A DNA stretch of 64,000 nt, taken from NCBI GenBank assembly GCA_037441845.1, contig JBBIRK010000002.1, positions 160,001-224,000 of the forward strand. Direction: 5' to 3'. Under the pieces are notes generated by a model. It saw only the letters and a program-made list of their open reading frames with translations. It was not told the DNA's origin and did no database searches. Origin of the DNA: Candidatus Zixiibacteriota bacterium. GTDB taxonomy: Bacteria; Zixibacteria; MSB-5A5; UBA10806; 4484-95. Positions 57,691-64,000 of the stretch are shown here, piece by piece. The stretch's first letter is position 1. Every line of letters starts with the position of its first letter. The position numbers were made by a program, and so were the translations under genes.

Positions 57691-58633
57691 CGGCCAGAGC
57701 CCTCAAATGAAAGCCGACACTTTCGGCTAAGCTCGGAAGGTTGTAACCTCCCTCGAGAACCGATACGATTCTCCCCGCACAATGTTCATCCGCAAAACGA
57801 ACCACCATAGTCGTCATCTCCCCGAAAAAACCGCTCGTCAATTTCATACCGCCCAACGGATCATCCGCATGAGCATCGAAACCAGCCGATATCATGATCA
57901 AATCGGGGCCGAATTCGTTCAGCAACGGCAGAATTTTTCCCTCGAATGCGCGCCGATATTCATCATCGCCGCATCCTGCCTCCATCGGCAAATTGACCGT
58001 AAAGCCGCTGCCTGCGCCGATCCCTTTTTCGAAAGCGCTGCCGGTTCCCGGATAAAACGGATACTGATGAAGCGAAATGAAGAGCACATCCGACCGATCG
58101 TAAAATGCGTTCTGGGTGCCGTTGCCGTGATGAACATCCCAGTCTATGATCGCCACCCTCCCGGCCAGACCCCCCGCTATCGCATAAGCCGCCCCGATCG
58201 CGATATTATTGAAAATGCAAAACCCCATCGCCCGATCGCGCTCGGCATGATGCCCGGGCGGCCTGACCGCGCAGAACACCCGGCGATTTTTCCGATCGCA
58301 GACGATCTTCACACCTTCTATCACCGCCCCGGCCGCGGCAACCGCCGCTTGCCCGGTCGCCGGCGAAAACGGAGTATCGGGATCGAGCAAAATTGTCTTC
58401 TCGTTTTTCTTTGAAATCAACCCCTGAACGTAGCCGCGCTCATGAATCCGGCATATGTCATCCATCGCCGCCGGCTCAGCTTGTTCGATCAATTCGATAG
58501 CGGGCGAATTCCGGCAGACCTCCAATATCACCTCGATCCTGGACCCCGATTCGGGATGATACGGTCCCGTATCGTGAAGCAAGAATACGGGGTCATAGAT
58601 TACGCTCAGTGAATTTTTATTTTCTGCCGGAAT
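57683..58633 (-). CDS. Histone deacetylase family protein (Zn-dependent deacylase)
   Basis: HPESGSRI, RPPGHHA, GFCIFNN, DWDVHHGNGTQ, YPGTG, SAGFDAH..DPL, LEGGY. Start inferred at ATT 58633. Confidence 0.92.
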   Translation of the reverse strand: MPAENKNSLSVIYDPVFLLHDTGPYHPESGSRIEVILEVCRNSPAIELIEQAEPAAMDDICRIHERGYVQGLISKKNEKTILLDPDTPFSPATGQAAVAAAGAVIEGVKIVCDRKNRRVFCAVRPPGHHAERDRAMGFCIFNNIAIGAAYAIAGGLAGRVAIIDWDVHHGNGTQNAFYDRSDVLFISLHQYPFYPGTGSAFEKGIGAGSGFTVNLPMEAGCGDDEYRRAFEGKILPLLNEFGPDLIMISAGFDAHADDPLGGMKLTSGFFGEMTTMVVRFADEHCAGRIVSVLEGGYNLPSLAESVGFHLRALADG

Positions 58634-61322
58634 TTTTTCCCTCCACCATACCCACCGCGTAAACCGGGCTGGCGAAATAGACCCGGGCCGCCCTTCTGAT
58701 ATCCTCGGGCGTGACACTTTCGATTTCCTCTGCGTAACCGTCGAGCGCCCGGGCTCCACGTCCGGTCATCTCCCATTTTGAATAAAGCTCTGCCAGCGCC
58801 GCATTCGATTGCAGCCCGATCTTTATCGACCCGGCCATGTAGTTTTTGGCCGTCGCCAGCTCATCTTCGCCGAGCGGCGAATCCCACAACTCCTTCAGCG
58901 CCTCGATCGCCAAAGTCCGCGCCGCGTCCGCATTCTCCGGCGAGGTGGCCATATAGCAGGTGAAATTTCCCGATAAAAGACGCGGCTCTTGATAAGCGTA
59001 CACCGAATAAGCCAGCGGATTTTTATCACGTATTTTGTCCCAAAGGCGGCCGCCCATTCCACTGACGATTCCTTGAATCACTTTCAAAACGACGTAATCG
59101 GGATGCGACGCCGGACAAGTCAGAAAACTGACCGCCTGAGCCGACTGCGCCCGATCGCGCTTTTCTTTTTTGACCGATTCCGCCGAGCGCACTTCAAGGT
59201 TCGTCGGCGTATTCTTCACTTCCGAACGATTCATGCCTCGGAAATATTTATTCACCGTCCCGATCGCCTGCTTGAATGTTATATCACCTACGAAAAAAAC
59301 GGCGCAGTTGCCGGTGGTGACTTGACGGCGGTGGAAATTGACCAGTTCGGCGCGGCCGAGACGACTAATCGTCTCCGGCTCGCCCCGCGATGCCGTCCCG
59401 TAGGGTGTCCCCGCATACAGCGCTTGCAAACTCAGCTCAATCGGGTATTCCGCCGCGGAATCCTTCAGCCGTTTTATAGCGGCCAGCATATCTTTCTTCT
59501 CGATTTCGATCTCCTCGGCCGGAAAAGTAGGATTTAGAACCACCTGTGCGAATATCGCCATCGCTTCCTCGAAATTCTCCGCCATCGCCTCCAGCGAAAA
59601 TCCCGAGTAGTCGGCCTCCGCGAAATAATCGATCGTCGCTCCCAATCCTTCGAGATCTCCGGCTATCGCGGCTGCATTCATACTGCCCGCCCCTTTGAGC
59701 GCCGATCTCAGCATAAGCTCGGTGATACCGGCATCGGCTGCGGCTTCATTGCTCCTTCCGCCGGCGAAATTCACCTGCACGGTCACCAGCGGCAGCGAGT
59801 GCCTTTCGCGGCAAAACACCTTGATTCCGTTCGGGAGCACCGTATCCGCTATCGGCATGTCCGGATAGCTTTTCCCTCCCACCGGCGCGCAACCGACCAC
59901 CAGCGGCACTCCTTCATTCCTCCTGGAATGACTTTTGCGGAAATCGTCGATAGTCGCTTTCAGCATATCGTTTAACTTCTTTCCGTTGCTCTGCGCAGCC
60001 GTGCTTTTCCGCGGCAGATATTCGAACACCGAGGCGTTTTCCAGCACGAAATAACGTTCGGCCACCCGCCTGATATCCTCGGCGGTCACCCTGTGCAGCT
60101 TTTCTATATATTGGTCGGCCCGCCGCCAATCCCCGTAGGCCTGAAACATGGCCAGCGTCTGCGCCTGATTGTTCACGTCCTCCAGACTGTGATAATATGC
60201 CGATTCCAGTAGGTTGATCGCCCTCGACATCTCGTCGCGCCCCGGAGCTTCGATCCTCAACCGTTCGATTTCCCTCACCATTGCCGCCAGAACCGAATCC
60301 GGATCGCCTTCCGCTTGATCCGCGGTCAGCGCAAAATACCCGATATCCTTGAACCATTCGTAATTGCTGGTAATCGATTCCGCCAGACCCCGCTTTTCCT
60401 TTATTTCCTGATACAAGCGGCAGGCCCTTCCCCCGCCGAGAATCTGATCCATCACCACCAGCGCATAAAAATCGTCGTCGAGCCCGCCCGGAACATGATA
60501 ACCGAGCTGAACGATATTGCGATTGATGTCCGCCCGTTCTAACGAAAAGCGAAAACCGATCTGCGGTGGTTCGGAGGGGCTCGCCGGCGGTTCTATTGTT
60601 TCGTCTTGCATTCGGCCGTATAACTCTTTCACCATGGCCGATGCCGAATCGGGATCGACATTCCCCACTATCGATATGATTATATTCCCCGGCCGATAAT
60701 ATTTCCGATAATGGTCTTCCAGTTGTTCTCTCGACCAACCGCCGACCTGGCTTTCGTTGCCCATGCGCCAGCGCCTTATATTATGTTTATCGAAAGCCAG
60801 CTCGAGAAGCTTCTCATACGAATAAGCAGTCGGATTATCCAGTTTCCTTTTGATCTCCTCGATGACGACTTTGGCTTCCTTGGCGAGTTCGCTGGAATCG
60901 ATCAGACAGTTTTGAAGCGCATCGGCCTGAATCTCGAGCGCCTTCTCGAACGATTGCACCGGGACGACCGTATGGTAAGTGGTATGCTCGTAGCTGGTGG
61001 CGCCGTTCAAATAGCCGCCGGCCGCTCGGGTTTGCCTTCCTATTTCACCGACCGCCCGATCGCGCGTCCCCTTGAAAAACATATGCTCGAGCAGATGCGA
61101 AACGCCGGTCAGCGAATCCGGCTCGTTGAAATAACCGATCTCCACCCGGGTTACGATCGCGACCGCCTCCATTCTCGCGTCGCGCTTTATCAATACCGTA
61201 AGCCCGTTGTCGAGTGTATCGCGGATAACCGTCGCTTCCGCTCCGATATTAGTGGCCATCACCGAAATTAGAAGGATCGCGCCCAATGCGCTCTTCAACC
61301 GCGCTGCGTCAGACCAGGACAA
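58617..61322 (-). CDS. M16 (pitrilysin-like) zinc peptidase, exported, two-module
   Basis: Signal peptide, LDNGL, HLLEHMFFKGT (HxxEH), NGATS; second half LPNGI..RLWDKIRDK..LAYSV. Confidence 0.92.
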   Translation of the reverse strand: MSWSDAARLKSALGAILLISVMATNIGAEATVIRDTLDNGLTVLIKRDARMEAVAIVTRVEIGYFNEPDSLTGVSHLLEHMFFKGTRDRAVGEIGRQTRAAGGYLNGATSYEHTTYHTVVPVQSFEKALEIQADALQNCLIDSSELAKEAKVVIEEIKRKLDNPTAYSYEKLLELAFDKHNIRRWRMGNESQVGGWSREQLEDHYRKYYRPGNIIISIVGNVDPDSASAMVKELYGRMQDETIEPPASPSEPPQIGFRFSLERADINRNIVQLGYHVPGGLDDDFYALVVMDQILGGGRACRLYQEIKEKRGLAESITSNYEWFKDIGYFALTADQAEGDPDSVLAAMVREIERLRIEAPGRDEMSRAINLLESAYYHSLEDVNNQAQTLAMFQAYGDWRRADQYIEKLHRVTAEDIRRVAERYFVLENASVFEYLPRKSTAAQSNGKKLNDMLKATIDDFRKSHSRRNEGVPLVVGCAPVGGKSYPDMPIADTVLPNGIKVFCRERHSLPLVTVQVNFAGGRSNEAAADAGITELMLRSALKGAGSMNAAAIAGDLEGLGATIDYFAEADYSGFSLEAMAENFEEAMAIFAQVVLNPTFPAEEIEIEKKDMLAAIKRLKDSAAEYPIELSLQALYAGTPYGTASRGEPETISRLGRAELVNFHRRQVTTGNCAVFFVGDITFKQAIGTVNKYFRGMNRSEVKNTPTNLEVRSAESVKKEKRDRAQSAQAVSFLTCPASHPDYVVLKVIQGIVSGMGGRLWDKIRDKNPLAYSVYAYQEPRLLSGNFTCYMATSPENADAARTLAIEALKELWDSPLGEDELATAKNYMAGSIKIGLQSNAALAELYSKWEMTGRGARALDGYAEEIESVTPEDIRRAARVYFASPVYAVGMVEGKNSGRK

Positions 61323-61426
61323 TTTTCACCTGCCCCTACTTTACGAACGACGTAAATTTATGCGCGAAACCGCATGGACGCAACGCAAAAGGTGGTCCCT
61401 AAAAAATCGCGTTCGAATCGAATCCG

Positions 61427-63085
61427 TTATCTTTGCGGGGTGAGTTTGGCTTCGATATTCAGCCTCTTGCCCTTTTCCACGTAAATCCGTTTTTCGTAGG
61501 TCTTATACGACTCGAGGCTGATCGTGATCAAATGTCTGCCCGGAGCAAGTTTCGCAGGCGGACCGTTGGTTTTTCCATATTCCTTGAAATCTACCGCGAA
61601 AGTTCCGGTCGGCGTCGAACGCACGGTTACCAGGCCGTATTCCGAAAGTTCTTGGTCCGGATATCCCGCGGTCGTCGCCGCTGGTGACGATTGCGTTTTC
61701 GATTCCGTCGGCTGCTTCTCCGTCTTCTTATCCGATGATTTCGTATCGGCAGTCCGCGATCGACCGGATGAGACTCTATCGCCGGCCCGGGATACCTGTT
61801 TGCCCGCTATGGGCTTCGTTTGCTGCGGTTTTTCATCGACGAGGGATTCAGTCGTTTTCGACTCTGTCTTCACAGCCGCGGAATCCGCCGGCTTTCGCTT
61901 GCCACCCGCCAGGTATCCTATTCCGAGTATCAGCAAAATAACCGCTGCTGCAATCGCCAGACCAGCAAAAACGTAACCGATTCGCTTGAATTTGGATTCC
62001 TTCAACCCGGCGTCGATCACGATTTGTCCCGAACGCAGTTTGTCAAGGTAAGATTTGGCCATTTTATTGGCTCGATCGAACCGAAGCACGCTTTCGAATT
62101 CACGGGTCGCGTCGGCGAGCCGCCCATGTCCGAGATTCATCAGATAGAGCGCCTTTTCCGTGTGCTTGGCTATCCGGTCCGAACGCAATTTCTCCGTCGT
62201 GCGGATCGGATTCTTTATAAAATCGGTCATCAGTTTCCGCGGGGAGGGTATAACGAAATCTTTGAGTTCGTTTTCCAAATCCGTCACCAGCAAATCGGTG
62301 TCCTGATATCTGCCCTCGATATCTTTTTGCAGACACTTTCTCACGATCGCATCCAGCGACGAGGTGACATCGACCCGCAACTGCGACAAGTCGGGAACCG
62401 ACGCCGAAATTATATTGGTGATCATTTCCTGATAGGTTTCGCCTTTGAACGGTCTTTCTCCGATGATGATCTCGTAAAGCACTATCCCGAGCGAAAAAAT
62501 GTCGCAGCGATGGTCGATCGGCCTTCCGGCGGCCTGTTCCGGCGACATGTAGGCCGGCGATCCGATCATCTGGCCGGTGTCGGTGATCGAAAGATCGGTG
62601 TGGTCCTTGGCGATACCGAAATCGGTGATAAGTATGCGCCCGTCGGCCGACAGCATTATGTTGGCGGGCTTGATATCCCTGTGAATCAAACCGTTGCTGT
62701 GCGCGTATTTCAAGCCGCTGGCAACCTCCCGCCCGATCAGCAGAGCCACTTCGAGAGGAAGGCGTTTCAGGCGGGTCATCATCTGTTTCAGGTTCTGACC
62801 CTCGATATACTCCATCGCTATGAAATACTCGCCGTCGGCCGAACCGTAGTCTATGATCGAAACGATATTTTCCTGATTAAGTGTCGCCGCCCGCTTGGCT
62901 TCTTTCTCGAATCGTGCGACGAAATTTTCGTTGGCCGTCAGATGACGATGCATCACTTTGAGCGCCACCGGCCGCTCGAGCGAAAGCTGCGTGGCTTTAT
63001 AAATGCTGGCCATGCCGCCGCTGCCGATCAACTCGATCACTTCGAAATTGGCTATCCGCTTTCGCGCCTCAACCGCTATCGGCAT
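61427..63085 (-). CDS. Hanks-type Ser/Thr protein kinase with TPR-like segment, TM and C-terminal PEGA domain
   Basis: IGSGGMA, VALK, HRDIKPANI, DFGIAK, GSPAYMSPEQ, DIFSLG; TM; V.STP....VD...G.T...L.PG.H.I. Confidence 0.92.
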   Translation of the reverse strand: MPIAVEARKRIANFEVIELIGSGGMASIYKATQLSLERPVALKVMHRHLTANENFVARFEKEAKRAATLNQENIVSIIDYGSADGEYFIAMEYIEGQNLKQMMTRLKRLPLEVALLIGREVASGLKYAHSNGLIHRDIKPANIMLSADGRILITDFGIAKDHTDLSITDTGQMIGSPAYMSPEQAAGRPIDHRCDIFSLGIVLYEIIIGERPFKGETYQEMITNIISASVPDLSQLRVDVTSSLDAIVRKCLQKDIEGRYQDTDLLVTDLENELKDFVIPSPRKLMTDFIKNPIRTTEKLRSDRIAKHTEKALYLMNLGHGRLADATREFESVLRFDRANKMAKSYLDKLRSGQIVIDAGLKESKFKRIGYVFAGLAIAAAVILLILGIGYLAGGKRKPADSAAVKTESKTTESLVDEKPQQTKPIAGKQVSRAGDRVSSGRSRTADTKSSDKKTEKQPTESKTQSSPAATTAGYPDQELSEYGLVTVRSTPTGTFAVDFKEYGKTNGPPAKLAPGRHLITISLESYKTYEKRIYVEKGKRLNIEAKLTPQR

Positions 63086-63161
63086 GAACTAATGATTCCT
63101 CCATTCACCGGAATTCCGCATTTTGACGTAATGCGCCCCTATACTCGGGCCTATATCGCTT

Positions 63162-63189
63162 TTATCGACAACAAAACGGCCTTAGCTTA
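63162..63189 (-). promoter_or_regulatory. sigma28-like promoter upstream of the kinase
   Basis: TAAG-N16-GTCGATAA. Confidence 0.35.
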
Positions 63190-63237
63190 ACCCGGCTGTA
63201 ACAACTATCGCTATGGAAATCGATTTTCAGTATGTGC

Positions 63238-63954
63238 TCAAGGGGAAAGCGACCGGAGAAATCTTTCGGTATGCAATGCCGTGCGCTCGTCACCTATCCG
63301 GCGAAGACACTCGATATCGCTTATGAGTTGGTTCAATCCTATAGCCGAACTGACCTCGTAGGACAGCTCCAACTCTTGTAAGTCGATACTTCGGCGGGCG
63401 AGATTTTCCCGGATTTGAACATATTGCCCGCACTGGCCGGTAAGCCCCTCGAATATCTCCGGCTGCGGACTGGACAGTCCAAAAAGGTAATAGCTGCCCT
63501 CGAACGTCGGACCGATCACCGCCGTATGTTTTTTAAGTAAAATGAACGTCGCTTTCAACATCGATGACGTCAGCATGGGACAGCAGGACCGCGCCACGGC
63601 CACATTCCGAAATCCTCTCTCGAAACCCCAGTCGAAAGCGCTTTTTGCTCCGATCTTCCCGGCGCCGACCGTATCGCCGATTAATTGAACCCGCGGCAAG
63701 CGGCGCTTAATGCCCGCGTTTTGTTCCTCGCGCCCGAACAATTCGAGCATCTCGCTTACTTTCTCGTTCTCTTTTTCACTATTGGTGTGGATCGCAAAAT
63801 CACTCTCCGGAACCGTCAGGCAAATCGCCAGGGTATCGAACAACATCGCCCGGTAAAGATAGCCGGCTTTTTTTAATCCGAGGATTCCCGCAATCCCGTC
63901 CGCCGCCGACCCCTCGATTTCGTTATGCATTATTATAATGATATTTCTTTTCAT
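63238..63954 (-). CDS. DUF2064-like (CofC/GT-A-related) protein, degenerate
   Basis: LYRAMLFDTL, AF...F.RGF..V, CP.L, VIGPT.EGSYYL.G, C-terminal RTALHT..FL. Confidence 0.65.
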   Translation of the reverse strand: MKRNIIIIMHNEIEGSAADGIAGILGLKKAGYLYRAMLFDTLAICLTVPESDFAIHTNSEKENEKVSEMLELFGREEQNAGIKRRLPRVQLIGDTVGAGKIGAKSAFDWGFERGFRNVAVARSCCPMLTSSMLKATFILLKKHTAVIGPTFEGSYYLFGLSSPQPEIFEGLTGQCGQYVQIRENLARRSIDLQELELSYEVSSAIGLNQLISDIECLRRIGDERTALHTERFLRSLSP

Positions 63955-64000
63955 TATGACGCCCGATCGAACACGACCGCATCAACCAAGGCGAATTTAT

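Noticed and set aside
58634..58759. N-terminal extension of the HDAC ORF
   Set aside because: Long overlap with the M16 gene; SD plus ATT at 58633 fits better
61345..61410. c-di-GMP-I riboswitch-like string (GTAAA...GAAA...GGACGCAA...CCTAA) on the plus strand
   Set aside because: The GAAA loop is closed by a C-C mismatch, the second stem is unconvincing and no plus-strand gene follows. The same bases read as TTGCGT-N17-TAAATT, a plausible promoter for the M16 gene. An Infernal search against Rfam would settle it.
61820..63190. 456-aa plus-strand ORF
   Set aside because: Antisense to the Ser/Thr kinase; typical stop-poor reverse frame in GC-rich coding DNA
1..64000. CRISPR arrays, tRNA/rRNA, IS elements, prophage, defence systems, reverse transcriptases
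   Set aside because: No regularly spaced DNA repeats, cloverleaf patterns or diagnostic protein motifs seen; intergenic gaps are short. Small ncRNAs cannot be excluded by eye.

Overview
A 64-kb bacterial chromosomal window with moderately high GC. All credible genes (about 55 CDS) lie on the minus strand. The organism is diderm (lipid A acyltransferase, TamB/TamA, secretin, beta-barrel OMPs). Gene content suggests an uncultured FCB-associated lineage such as Zixibacteria, but this is a weak inference. I found no rRNA, tRNA, CRISPR array, transposase or prophage. Blocks in transcription order (right to left): (1) DUF2064-like protein, Ser/Thr kinase with PEGA domain, M16 peptidase, HDAC-family deacetylase, FAH-family protein, creatininase, two OMPs, DUF401 permease; (2) ECF sigma/anti-sigma pair; (3) a near-complete type IV filament cluster: pilA-pilT-three minor pilins-pilMNOPQ-large Ig-repeat lipoprotein-pilB-pilC; (4) tamB-tamA, C26 hydrolase, nifS-mnmA, MBL hydrolase, peptidase MA, lpxL-like, comEC; (5) an unusual putative polarity operon: DUF4388 protein, small membrane protein, TPR-roadblock fusion, two stand-alone roadblock proteins, MglA with a ~200-aa tail, and MglB, followed directly by a second pilB-pilT-pilC-pilS set; (6) lexA-small ORF-DUF6504-like protein-dinB SOS cassette; (7) a housekeeping operon from acyl-CoA ligase to a PHP protein. 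The best candidate for an undescribed system is the four-roadblock/extended-MglA module coupled to a pilus motor. I also see candidate sigma54/IHF, sigma28-like, ECF and LexA sites, and two probable non-canonical start codons. All domain calls come from motif recognition by eye, not from database searches.
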